Assembly (NCBI GenBank): GCA_015680685.1
Contig: MNCI01000296.1
Coordinates: 166,364 to 230,363, forward strand
Direction: 5' to 3'
Source: Gnetum montanum
Lineage: Eukaryota; Plantae; Gnetophyta
Length of the DNA: 64,000 nt
Made by a program: the position numbers and the translations under genes. The notes under the pieces were generated by a model. It searched no databases. It had not been told where the DNA came from and saw nothing but the letters and a program-made list of their open reading frames with translations. Below are positions 35,766 through 49,200 of this stretch, one piece after another (the stretch's first letter is position 1; each line of letters begins with the position of its first letter).

Positions 35766-38300
35766 ATGCAAGGAAGACAAGAGCATGCAAGATTTTGGGA
35801 AACAACATGGCAACAAGAAATACAAGATCTACCTAGAGGACATTTTTCAAATTATGATATTTGATGGTTACATTTCTATGATAATGCATTTGGTTGGATA
35901 TATAAGGAAAGAGTGATAGATTTTATTGATGATGAATAGAAGAATGAGATCTTTCCTTGTGAATTTTTGTATAGAACTAAAAATTAACAAAAATAAAAAA
36001 AGGAGACTTGATCATGAACAAACCACTACATAATTTGAATATTGTAAGTTATCCACAACTATGTTGTGTTCATCGATTAATGTTTTATAATATGAAGATT
36101 CACAATTTTTAATATGTTTAGCCTTCTTTGAATATTTCTTTGTATCAGTTATTATTGCCATTATGGATTGAATATTACTATAGGGATAGCATCCATGGAA
36201 GGTAGAAAAACAAATAAGACAACAAGAAAGATAGGATGTCAATGTCATTTCATAGTTTGCTATATGTAAGGAGCAAAAAATGTTGCATGTATTATATATA
36301 AAGAAATAAACCATGTAGATACATTAGGAGCTTATGGTCATGGTTTTCTATGCCCTATGACAGATAGAAGAAACTCACAATCCATACATATTTCTGGTGG
36401 GATACGTCAAAAGATAGTGTGTTTATGGAAGGAAGGATTTCCAATAAATCTAATCTGTGAGAGGTATATCAAAGGTCTTTTTAAGGAAGGATAGGAATTT
36501 AGGCTATCTAGGAAGAGGAATATATTTCTTGTTAAAAAAGACATTTACAACATTTACAAAGATGTTACCCTCAAATACAATAAAAGTAAGCATGAAAGAA
36601 TTAGTACCTAGCTATGGTTCCAAATGACCACTAATTTTTTCTTTTACTAATAGGAAGAGAACCTAGAACAAGGTGTCACATTGATCATTGGGTTGCAATG
36701 GCTGTGGATGATCAAAAATATTATAACTCTATCTCATTGTAGTATCGTTGTAATGGATTCAACTTTCAACACCAACAAATATGGTGTAAGTTTAAATAAT
36801 GGGTTCTATTATTCAATTTTAAAAATTTTTGATGTTATAAGAGAATAATATATTATCTTATTAAAAATATATGATTGTTTTTGCAATGCCATCTTCACAT
36901 GGTAATGGCTTTTGATTCATACTACAATGGACTTCCAGTTGCATGGGTGATATCCAAGGTGCATGATAACTAACATCAAAGGTTGGCTTTTGGAGCTGCT
37001 TCGAAGAGGCATGACTAAGAAGCCTAATTGGATAGTGAATGCTTTCATGCTTGATGATTCAAAGGTAGAAATAAATGTAGTGAGGTAACTTTAAAGGCAT
37101 TTCAAAAATTACTACAAATCACACTAGCTTAGATTGACATATCTTAACATGTGCTATAATTTGATGATTTTTCAAGTTAGTTTTTGAGAGTAGGGCTTTT
37201 CTATGCATTTGGCATGTCTAGAGGGCATGGAGGAAGAACTTGGTAACCAAAGTAAAAGATCCAAATTAGAGAAAAAAAATGATTGATCATCTTAATCATA
37301 TTATGAATGAATGCAAAACTAGTGTGAATGTTGTTGTGGAAATAAACAAATTTGTTGAAAAGTTTCAAGAGAACTCAGATTTCATTAACCACTTGAGGTA
37401 GCAATGATTAAATGGAGATAAATTTAGCGATTCTCTACTTCATATAATCATTATAGAAAAGTTCATATTCACAGTGATAAACTTTTTGCTCAATTTTTTA
37501 TTATTTATTTTTTCTTTAATCATATGTTGTTAGAAATGTGGACTAAAGTGGTTTGAGATATTCCCCATGCACAACAACACACAAATAATGTTGTTGAGTC
37601 ATATCATGAATTTCCAAAAGGGAAATGTTTGAAAGATATAAGCAATAGGCAATACCAATGGATCGATTGGCTTATAGGGACCTTGATAAAGGTATAACTA
37701 TACTATTGAAACAATAGGATATTTCATAAATAAGAATGATAAAGATTTTAGTAAGAAGTCATGAAAAAAGGATTTACAAATTTCTAATGTTGACTTTGTC
37801 CAAGTAGTGGAAAAGGAAGATGAATATGTTGTGCAAAGTCAAAATAGTTTAAGGCCGAATACTTGGTACAAGGTTTTAAAGGTGTTTTCTTTTAGTATAT
37901 CTNTGAATACTTGGTACAAGGTTTTAAAGGTGTTTTCTTTTAGTATATCTTGTGAGTATAAATGGTTTTGCCTTGCCCATTTTTGCAAGCACTTAATGAA
38001 AGTTCTTATTAAGTTGAAGGGTTTTACGAGTGCATTCAAGTTCTTCTTCCAAGATGAGTTTTATTATTTGCGTATGCCTATGGAGCTAAATTCATTCAAA
38101 CCACATCATTTTCTAACTAAGAAGATGCTTCATAACTTGAAACAACATCAGAGACATTAGGATCAACTAGTTGGAGGTCTAACATATCAACAAATGGAGT
38201 AGGACAAAGATAATGCACATGCATAGTGAAAAACTTAAATTCTTACGCTCAAAAAGGCCTTGACAAAATTGGTGAAGACATTACCCATAGACAAGAAGAG
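35766..38300 (+). mobile_element. Degenerate intron-containing MULE-type DDE transposase with SWIM zinc finger
   Basis: Hand translation: IQDLPRGHFSNYDI*W..ERVIDFIDDE; KIGCQCHFIV; NHVDTLGAYGHG; VMDSTFNTNKYG (36753); AFDSYYNGLPVAWVI; WIVNAFMLDDSKVEI; FLCIWHV*RAWRKNL; TNNVVESYH; SCEYKWFCLAHFCKHL (SWIM). Many stops and frameshifts; end approximate. Confidence 0.85.
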
Positions 38301-40149
38301 TATTTTAGAAATAGAAAGACATGTAGAGTTATTGGAATCAAATTTTTTATTTTCAAGTAAGCCAAATGGATTGGTGAGCGAAAAAAGATTGTCTAGCTAG
38401 AATAGTCCTTCTAAAGCCTACTACTTTGAAGCTATCTAGTTATAACTATGTAAGAAAACCATTTAAAGAAGGTAACAATAGTATTTCATTGGTTAACTAT
38501 GATTCTTAAAATAATATACCTTGTATTCAATTTATTTTAATCTATTTTCTTTTACTTGCAAATTAAAGTGAAGGAAGCTAAGAGAAAAAGGGATAGTCCT
38601 CTAATCCCCAATCTACCTTGAACCAATAGCTCCTTTGATGTTATTCTAATGAATGTGTTATACATTTTACATCCATGAACATGAAACTATGACTGAAAGA
38701 GATTCTATATTAGTTATAGATTGTTAGAAAGCTTGTTGGCTATAGTCTTTTGTTCAATCAGATTATGTTCTCTATATCTTAAAAGGTTATTACAAGCCTT
38801 TATATTGTATATGTGTTGCATATATGATTATGATATATTTTAATTGGGTTTTTTGGTAAAGTAAATGACATATCTTATCACAATCTTCAAAAAGAAATAC
38901 TATGCATCGCAATTCTACATATCCTTTGAGAAGGGTTTAATTCCATGTGGCAATGATGAGTGATTTAAGAAGTTCCAATTTCATTATTGTGAATTATATT
39001 TTAAGGTTAATTATGACAATCATCTTTTGTGATACTTAAACAAGTTATAGCCCTTAATTAATTGTGACTTGCACTTAATTACACTTTAATTCCCAGCATT
39101 TTGAAAATTGCGAAACATTTTTGATCACATGCCCTCATACTTCATAAATTTAGTGAACCTATGAATCACAATATCTCACATTTTCTAAATGAAAACTACT
39201 ATGACATGCAGCTTGTACCATATCACATCCCTAAATTTTTGTAAAATCTACCAATTCAAACTACATTTGCATTCATAGCCATTGTAATGCTTCAATCAAG
39301 GTGTTGTTCCCACATTCATTCCATTTCTTGAATTTGTGTTTTTCCTATTTTGTTATCTTTTATTTTAAGAAAATACACTATATGTATGTCTTGAACAAGT
39401 TTTTTATTTAAAATAAATTAGTAAATAATAGACACCACATATTCATATTTCTAGGCATGGAGGGTTATTTGTTGCCATTTGACTCATGGTTTTAGTTGGA
39501 TTTGAAAGCCTTCCTCACATTTTTATCATCTCTTTTCTACAAATTGAGAAACGATGGTTATGGTTATGCTTTATAATTTTAAAAACTCATAAGAATGCAT
39601 ATTTATAGATTTGTATACTTAAAAATTAAACTTAAAACATTTGTTGTTGCAAATACCATAGAAGAATAGTTGAAAGCAGCTTCCCTGTTTCTTTACTCCT
39701 ACTTTTGATAGGTTCAGAATGGACCTGATATAGGAGGCCAATTGTATTTTTGTCATTATGTTTTGGATGAAGAAGCTTAGACTCATTATATGAGGATTAA
39801 TATTAAATAAATCATTATTTTTAAAAATTTAGTTGTTCATAGTTTGAAATAGCAACTTAATGCTTTGTGAAAGACATTTTTTCTGACAATAACCCATGAA
39901 AATAAAAATGGCTATTATGTGTGAAAGGAACATTAATACTTCATATTTTACATGATCAAGTGTACAAGAAGTCTTCAAGTGATGAACCTTTCTTATGTAG
40001 TACCACCATGCCCAAATAATCAATTCACAATATAGCTAATAATAAAAATTTGAAAAAATGTTTAGATAATGATATGTTACATTTACTATAAAAAATTATA
40101 TTACTTTGTATTTTGGATAATAGTGGTGCTATATTGTTCTTAGAGAGGA

Positions 40150-41550
40150 ATGTCTTCACAAGTAAATAACACGAGGAGATTTGGTAGAGTCCAAGAGTAA
40201 GAAGAGAGAAGCCAAGCATAGGGTAGACATCACCCTACCTCCCGGACTATTGCACAGGATACTACTAGAGAGCATGAGGAATATTAGTGTGCTCAGGAGA
40301 GAATAACACAAGAGGAGTGGCAACGAAGGGAGCTAAAACTCATATCAACCCCCTTATTGAGTCTAAGGAACTTCCATTTCTTGCTATAGTTGGTTTGGCT
40401 AGAGATACTTACCAAGCTTGTCTAACATAGTCCTAAGTTCATCATCACTAGAGGTCCTAATTATTTTGAGAAGGTAGGTGGGTTTTATGTTGCAAATAAT
40501 TGAGAAGCACCAAGATCCAAGGTGGTCCAAATAGCTGATTCCATTTTTACACTAACAAAGTAGATCCTAGCACAAATACTCCACATGTCAATTAGTCCAC
40601 ATATGGAGTATTTTTTGACAGCCACTACAGAGAAAAAAATACAATTGTTGAGAAAGGTACCAAAGGTGAAGATTAATGAGACAAGTTAACCTTACAATAA
40701 CTTCTCCTTATAATGGAGAATTCTTATTAGGGGGATTCATACAAACCTCTTAGCTATCATGCATCACACTCATGTGATTTCCTTTACCTTGATAGTACTT
40801 CTAGACTTAGAGGAAGATTTTTCATTGAACTATCCCCACATTATACTAAGGAGAATGGATATCTTTAGTAGAGATTCATCAACCATTCCTTTCCCTTCAA
40901 TGGTATGTGCTCTTTTCAGCCATTGGCAAATTCCAAGACCTAAGGTGGATGACAAAGAAGTGTAGGTATTTGGGGAGGATTGGTTTCCTCATTTGGGGTA
41001 TGCTTCTAAACCCAACATGTTCCTAGGACATGACTTAATGATTTGATTTAGCTCCTAAACCCACATGTCCCAAAAGATGGTGAAAAGGTTGGATGGGATG
41101 AGTATTATGGCGACACTAAATAGATGCAAGTCATTTGTGTCCATCCTAACTAGCAACAACAATATTTTGGACATAAAGCATTCATTTTTGCCTACTTAGA
41201 GGTAATGGATGGTAGGTTGATTACACAAATGGATGCTATGGAGTTAGACATGCATTAGAATTTTAGATGGGTGGAGAGGAGACCTACCCACCTTGTTGTG
41301 AATTTTCAAACAATAGTGAAATACTCATTTGAATAGTTGCAGGCATTGTGAGGTTCCTCTAGTTTAGGGGAGATTGAGGAGATTTCTGACCTAGAGTTGG
41401 TGGGCATGGCCACTCCATTCCATGACTTAGAGGTAGGACCATCAAGAATAGTTGGAATGGATGACCATCTAGTCACTGAGGTTGATGATACCATCACAGA
41501 GATAGAATTTAAAGGGATTGATTCTACAAATCTAGTTGATGACACCCATT
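40150..41550 (+). pseudogene. Degenerate TE accessory ORF, putative plant transposon protein (Transposase_32-like)
   Basis: One frame reads NYFEKVGGFYVANN*..KVVQIADSIFTLTK*ILAQILHMS..WRILIRGIHTNLLAIMHHTHVIS..LNYPHIILRRM..TIPFPSMVCALF, fitting the remembered Y..V..FY.N / NL.P..H / LPFP.L motifs of this family. Confidence 0.55.
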
Positions 41551-42393
41551 GAGTAGGATCTAGCTAGACCATTGCGTTTATGGATAGAGTCATAGTTGAC
41601 TTTGAATTTCTTTTTTGTTGATATTTTTGTATGTACATGGTTTCTAAGCAACACTTTGGTTATAATGAATACTATGAATAGATGTATAAATTTTGTATTA
41701 AACGTTGTTGATCTTATTTACTTTGTCATTTATTTAACATATTCTCATTTTAGTTTTCATGAAATCATCAGAATAAGCATTATATGAATATGAAAATGAT
41801 ACTTGACTGTTATCTTATTAAGAAGCCTAGAATTAATGCACATCCACATCCCATTGATGTATTTATTAGAAATTAATACTCCTAGTATTACACAAGGGAA
41901 TATTGAATTATTAATGAAATCATATAAGAGTAATTTACTAAGCTATCTTTGAAGCTCCTTTCTATAATGCAAAATCATCTACTACATGCTCTCATTTGAT
42001 ATGGTTGCTTGTGGTATGAAGTTAATTTGATGCTACATAAACCTCATAGGAGGAAGCTCTTTTAATCTACCATTGAACATATTAACAAACTTTTATTCCA
42101 AAGGTTATAACACTAACAAAATTTTAATTTCTAATTTCTTTTTACATGTTGAAAATAAATATAGAATTATAAATCCATTCTTATCTCCTTGATGATCCTG
42201 AACATAGTCTTGATGGTTTAAATTTCCTTTTGAATGGAGGCTTTTCAATTCATCCATTTCCATTGCCTTCAGCTCTAACTTCTTTATTTTCTATGGAATT
42301 ATGAAATAGTGTGGGTCACACATTCTCGTAGGATAAAAGCTATATGGAGCCACGAGTTGCATGTTCCTCATAGTCATGAAACCTTTCCTTAGA

Positions 42394-42730
42394 AAAAATA
42401 GTGTTATAGAAGTGTGACTTACATTGCAATTGCAATCTAAACTAGGGTAGAACAAAAAATAATGCTATCAAACTACGACTCACATTTCACTCACAATCTG
42501 AATAGAGAAGAATAGAAAACAATGCTATGAAATTGCAACTCGCATTATGTTTGTAATCTTAACTAGAACAAAAAATAGTGCTATGAAACTGTAACTCACA
42601 TGCTGGTTGCAATTAGAACTAGAGAAGGTCAAATAACAGTGTGAATTGACTATGACTTGCAACTTTGTCACAGTGTGATAATAGAAGCCCAAATAACAAT
42701 GTGATCAAACTACGAGTCACTATGCACATA
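42394..42730. repeat. About six degenerate 60-bp tandem repeats
   Basis: Recurrent AAAAAYARTGCTATSAAACTRYRACTCRCAT..CAATCT.AACTAG at roughly 60-bp spacing. Confidence 0.75.
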
Positions 42731-43649
42731 GAACTACTAGGAGAGTGCAACTTACATTATATTGTAGCCTAGAGTGTGACGACATGCAACCTACAAGTTC
42801 ACGCATAACATTGAAATAGTGTGGGTTTAATGTAAGTAGCATGTTTTCATGTCATTAAATTTGGTAGTGTGAGAACATGCAAGATGCAAAACATCGCATT
42901 CTTGAAAACAATGTAATGTACTGCAAGACACATGTCACCACATCCTCTCTGTGAAGGTTGTATGTACATGTGTATTGTAGCCTATATTTAAATTGGAATG
43001 ACATGAGAGATGCATGTTTTCACACTACCTCAATGCAAGGAAATGCAATTTGCAGCAAGTCGCACTATATAGCTATGAGTAAGATTCGATTGGCAAGGCA
43101 TTACATTATTAGTAAAATTTGAAATTGTATCCATTACACTTATCAAAAAGTAGTGTAAAGAGAAAATGTATAATTCCATCCTATAATAGAACACCACATG
43201 GAGTATTTGTATTATGGTAATACTACAAGCAAGTGTTCTAATATGTGTTCAAATTAAATAATTACCATCTTCCTTGAATGAAAGAGAAATAGTTATTGGA
43301 GAAAAAATTAAAATTTTATCCCTCATAAAGTTAAAATTGTGAGATAGACATATGAATTGTAGATGTAACAAGGATGCTTAAGGAATAATTGGATGTATAT
43401 AGAATATCAAACATGCCACATAGATAGAAAATGTTATTGACAATATATTACAGATTCCTTTACAACATTGCAAAAGAAATTTATTACAACCAAATTGTGT
43501 CATAGATTCATATACAAAATTTCAAAAGAGATGCATTACAACCTAATAGCATCAAAATGGTGGAATGCCTCATGCACAATGTCTATTATTAATTTTAGTT
43601 ACAACAAAATATACAAATGGACCATGTTCAATGTAGTTCTCATGTAGGA

Positions 43650-45990
43650 TATGCTGTAGATACATGTTTTTTCAAACTTGATCATCTGCTAGAAAACTTA
43701 GGATTTCCCATATTATGATTTTCCAATACATAGAAACAAAATCGGAAGTGAAATTCAAGTATTTACTTAATACCAAGTGATGCATATACATTTATGTATA
43801 CATGCCACAGTCATATCCATTTTCTTATTTATGAATACCTTCTACAATAATTACATTTCATTTTGTAGACATCTTCTTTCTCTTTTCCTTGAGTTCCATT
43901 ATGCCTTGAGAGCATATAGAATTACCTTCAAATAAATAGGCAATAAAATTCAACATCAATTTTCTAACAGTAGCAATGTGTTGTGAAGAAGGTAAGGAAT
44001 CATACACCAATATTTTGTTTCTTGCTATGTTTGCAATAACAAGAACCTAATGCCCACCAGTGTTCAAGGGATGACAAAACAATGAGTGTCCAAATTGCAA
44101 AAAGTCATCCCAACAAGTTTTATTTTTCAGATCTTTCATAAAATCTACTTCTACAATGAAATCATCAAATTCTTTTTCAATCAATGTACCACTTTCAACA
44201 TTTACAACATGTATTTTGTTGTCTTTATTTGATTTATGTCTCAACTGGTTCTTCTGAGCTCCTTGCATCTTGCTCTCGAAGGACTTCGCATAACATTAAA
44301 ACATGCTATTGAAGATGAAATACTTTAGATTCTGATATTCTTGATAGGCATATATTGACTTATGAAGTTACTTCAAGTACATAATGTAAACATCTATGAT
44401 GTCATTGTCAAGCCATTATTTCCATTCATCTTGATATATGCTCTTGAAAGAAAATCTTGTGGTAACATATGGGGCATAGGATGTCCTCACAAGATCTTTA
44501 TTGTTAAGCATAGTGTTTTGTAATCTACACAAACATCAATTGCAAAATTTGATATTAAAGTCAAACAACATATAACCCTAACAGTTTCATGCATATAATA
44601 AGATCATAAGGTAAGCAAAAAATAGAAAATCTAAGTTTCTAAACAAAACATATACAACAACAACATCAAGTTCACTTGTTTCTTTATTCAATTACTTCTT
44701 CTCATGAATCACTTGTTCTTTATTGTGTTCAATAGAAACAAATAATTTTTTGGCTGCTCTAGGTGTTGGATTTCATGCAAATCTGTTAGAGATGTTTATA
44801 GCAACAACATTAAAGAGAAGCTTGAAAAATAAGGAAAGATATAAAGAAAATATAGAAAGTGCACAAAATCATACCATCATTAAGGTCTTTTGTAATGTTT
44901 CTTTTGTCAGGGTGAATGATTTTGGAAACATCACTTTTAACTACCAATGCATTTCTTAACAAGCGAGTTTTAGTATTTAGCGTTATAATTTCATCACCCA
45001 TTTTCTCATTTTAAACAATAAGCTTGCTCATGCAACTATTTTATGAGCTACAAAATTCTTTATTTTAGCCTTTAGTTGATTGTTTTCTTTTAGCAAGTAG
45101 GACTTGTCAAATTTCATCTCCTCCACAACATTCCAAAGTGTTGCATTGCTTTTAGAATACTTATGTAATGTCTTAATCACATTTTCTAACTTATCTTTAA
45201 TTGCTTTAAGAATACATTTGTCATGATGGCACACATCCTGCAAAGATGGTTTGTTATTTTCTATCAAATCAGATGAGATCTTGGGTCTTTTAGAAAATGA
45301 TGCATTCTTAAAAATGCTTTTTGTATCCGTCACTATATCTTGAAGTTGAATTAGGATAACCTATTTATTATTTTTCTGTAATAATTTACTGATAATAATT
45401 GGAAAACCAATAGACTTTTTAGTATCATGTAGTTGTCATGCCCTTGTATGCATCCTCATCTCAAACAGTATGGTCACTAGGATATCAAAAGGAAAACCTT
45501 CATTGTTATTCAATGCCCACATGAGTGAAATTGCATTATTAGATATCTTTACTTTGATTGCTATCACTGAAAATAAAGCCCACTACATAGATAGCAATAG
45601 TATGTTTGGATAACAATTTGGATTGCTCTCTTTCTTATCAAATTTTTTGGTATATTGAATTAGGTGATTTTCACTTTTCTTCCACCTTCGTTCCTTAATA
45701 GTTGATTCATTACTACATATAACTTATATGATATATGCAATATCATTTCCATTGAAGGTGAATTTTTGACCTTACAGAATGGCTTGCGAAGCATTTACCC
45801 CAATTAACACACCATGAGTTAAACATTTATAAAAATTGTAAACAACATTTTTATCAAAACAACCATCCATTGTCATCTAATTATAAATTTCAATTCTTTT
45901 TAATTTCCTAGAAAAGATAGACATTTCCGGAAACTCCAAAATACTTTCAACATTACGTTTACATACTAAGGCAATAATTGTAATTTCAGA
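43650..45990 (-). pseudogene. TE-borne Ulp1-like (peptidase C48) gene with N-terminal plant-transposon-protein-like domain and coiled coil, degenerate
   Basis: Minus strand: WLDNDIIDVY (about 44415-44387); HPLNTGGH*VLVIANIARNKILVYDSL (about 44073-43993); *ENGYDCGMY (about 43827-43799), i.e. the His/Asp/Gln-Cys catalytic motifs. Upstream FDKNVVYNFYKCL..GQKFTFNGNDIAYI and a heptad-rich ORF 45028-45333. Confidence 0.75.
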
Positions 45991-46262
45991 AATTAAATAA
46001 AATTTAGAATAACATAAAGCTAATGAAATTCATTCACAAGTGAATTACTATAATTTTCAAATAACTACAATTAAAAAAAATACATGTAGTCACATGGAAG
46101 ATCCCTTTTGTTATTCCTTGTAACCTTTACCACATTCCTGATTGTATAGAACTACAACAATACCAACCACTATGAAGAAAAATTTTAACAGACAAATAAC
46201 CTACTAAAGCGATGTTGCAATCAAGGAAGAGGAATCAAGGAATGGAGAGCGAGAGCGACTCA

Positions 46263-49200
46263 TGTGAGAGATGTCCCAAGTGGTGGTTCTCTTGGGCTCT
46301 CCCCATGGTTCGGGGGCCACGGAACACTCTGAGGCATCCTCAGGTGGCTCTCAAGTGTTACAAAACCCACCCCGGCTTGGTGGTACCAAGCTAGCAATAG
46401 GACACCCTCCTATTGCAACTCTCTTCTCTAAGTCCTCTTCCTTCCCCCTTCTCCGTGGAGAACTACATGGCCCTCATTTTACGGCGGTCGTAGATATGTA
46501 GGCAGCCAAGACTGGATAGTTTTGGTGTGGTTCCATGCCACACCTTGTACCAGATCGTGAGGGATCTGGGGGTGAGGTACCTTCCTTTGTAGGTGCATCG
46601 TCTCCCCTCCCATTGATGTGGTCTACAAGGTTGTGTGTGTACTTGTTTGCTTAGTTCTCTTCTGCTTGCACTCGTGAGATGCTTGCTTGTTTGAGGCGTA
46701 TTCCCCAGGTCTTCTGCCCCAGATCCATTGGATCTTTGTGAATTCCTTGGGGTGCCGAGCAACGACGGGGCAACGTTGTTACAGATGGTATCAGAGCCTT
46801 TTCGTTTTAGTCAGTGGTAAAAGTTTCTCGCTAAGTGGGTATCAGGGTTTGTGGTTTGTGAGGTTTCCGATAGAAACTAGCTAACCCCATTCTCAACTTT
46901 GGCTAACCACTCCCTTGGAGGGTGGCCTTGTGCTCTTTGGTGGTGTTACTCCATTGAGCTTGTTTGGTTAATGTTCCCTTCGGATTGATGCCTAGGTGAT
47001 CTAGGATCATATCCTTATGTGTTTTTGAAGAGTTTCTTGATGGCAATGTTCTCCACTCTTCATAAGGGGATAGATGAGAAATTGTGAGCAATTGATGTAT
47101 GTTGCTCTCCCTAAGGATATAAACGATGGTGTTGTGGTGATGTCCTTCACTTGTTTACTTGTGGTTGGACTAGTTGTGATTATATGCGATATGGTTGAGA
47201 GGAGTTCTACTGGCAACTCAAGAATTTTGTTGCTCAAGGAGCTCCCATCTCAGGTCTCTAGTGATTCATCTGGGATGAATCAGACCGAGTCTCTGCTTTG
47301 GTCTCCACCTAGATGACATGTTTCGAGATGGCATTTGTTGAATCATGCAGGATATGATATCCTTGGCACTCCCACTCACCCTAGATATAGTGAGTATGGG
47401 AAAATACAAATTGGGACAAGATGGTTCCCAGGTACCTCAGGTTGGAGGTCTTTTGGACATGTGCTCTTGGTGAGCCTTGTTTTGGGTGGACTAAGACCGT
47501 TGCCGGTAGACTTCGTACGTTCGTGTTTGCGATTGTATGTTTGTCTATTTCTGTATGCATGTTTTCTTGGTTGCACTTTCAAATTCTGCATGCGTGTTAT
47601 CGTGGTTGCGTCTATCATTCGTAACGCAAGGCTTAAATGTTTTACACGGTATGATGAGTTATTGTTGGGGACGTTGAGGATGTAGTGGTTGTTTGTGTCA
47701 TCCCAAAGCCAAATGGCTATTGTCTTGTTTGACAACGTATTGTGCATGAGGCATGATTTTCCTTATTGTTGATCCTTGTGAGTTGTTCTCCTTGTTGAGA
47801 TGGTGGTGTTGCTTGTGGCATCACTATTTTGATTGGTGACATTTGGGTCATTCGAATTTGAAGACTACTGGTGTGGATCATCCTATTGTTGGTTCTTGTT
47901 GAGACCACACCTCTTTTAATGAGGGTCTTCTTGTGAATGCATCCTTCGTAATGTTGCGAGAATTAGTTTGATGCAGACTTGTTGTTGGATAGACCTTGGT
48001 CTTCCTCCTTATTTTTGGGTTGAGTTGACGATTGTCTATTGCTCATCACTCATACGAGTGTGTTGAAATTTTGGTCCTAGTTGAGGCCAGTGTTAGTTGC
48101 TGGAAATTATTGTTGTGTATGAATCTTGAGATTCTGAGAGTGTGCTATCTCTCTCTTTGTGTGCCTCATGAGGAAATCATATGTTTGAGTGGGGATTGGA
48201 TTCCTCCATCAATGTTTTGCATGATTGATCTCTATACATGTTGAGGTCTTGAATTTTATGATGCGCAAGAGTGATATCTCTTTGTTATATGATCATGCTT
48301 GATGGTTGTGAATGAGGCTGATGTGCTAATAGTGTTCCTGCTAACTTCTATGTTTATGAGCTTGTGTCTCAGTGTTTGTAGGTAGCACAGGTATAAAGAT
48401 GCAGCCAGTGGTGACCTCAATTGATTATTTGAGCACTATGTCCATGGGGAAGATATTTGCTCCTGAGACCTTCATGAACTGATTATTTGGTCTTAGAATC
48501 CCAACATTGGGTTGTGGATTTATCAGTACCTTGGCTGTGATGCATCAGCAGGTACATCATGATTTCTTTGCCTCTTAGTGCTAGGGGAGCACTAACAGAG
48601 GATGGTGATCTATCCTAGACCCTACAGATATTGGGCTAGTAGATGGCATGAAATGGTATCCTTGGCCATGCCGGATACTGATGGCCCAGGAGTGGCCAAT
48701 GCAATGAGGTCCCACTATGGAAGGATGGTGGATACTCAGTTGGTGTGCTTCCTTATTCGACCATTGCGTTCGTGTCTTGAATCGTTTTCGTTCGAGGTTA
48801 CCCGTGCAGTCGGTTCAGTGTGAAAGTAGATCATGTATCTTTTGAGATAGTGCTGCAATGATAGATGATCATTTATGCTTCGTGACAGAGACAGGTTTTT
48901 CTCAAAACAACATGGTTCTTTCTTGGTATGCTCTTGGTGGCCTAAATCTTCCAGCCTAGGAAGGGTTTGGGTAGTTTGTCCTACAACCTTTTAGGCTTGG
49001 TTAGCATTCCCAAATATCATGTATGTTCCTATATATGAATGTAATCTGATCCTTGGGTGTGAAATGTACCCTTGTGGTATTCTCAATTCAGTTGTATGCA
49101 CTCAAAAGTGCTGGATGTATTGCTTATATGACTAAGTTGTCTCCTAGTTGTAGGCCTATGCCACACACTGTGACAAGGCCAAGCTTGATGTATGGTGTTT

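Noticed and set aside
37856-37950. About 47-bp duplication inside the transposase (repeated NTWYKVLKVFSFSIS)
   Set aside because: Flanks a single N at 37903; assembly artefact.
33030-43100. Terminal inverted repeats for the MULE-like block
   Set aside because: Both ends are CATG-rich, but I could not align a convincing inverted repeat or TSD by eye.
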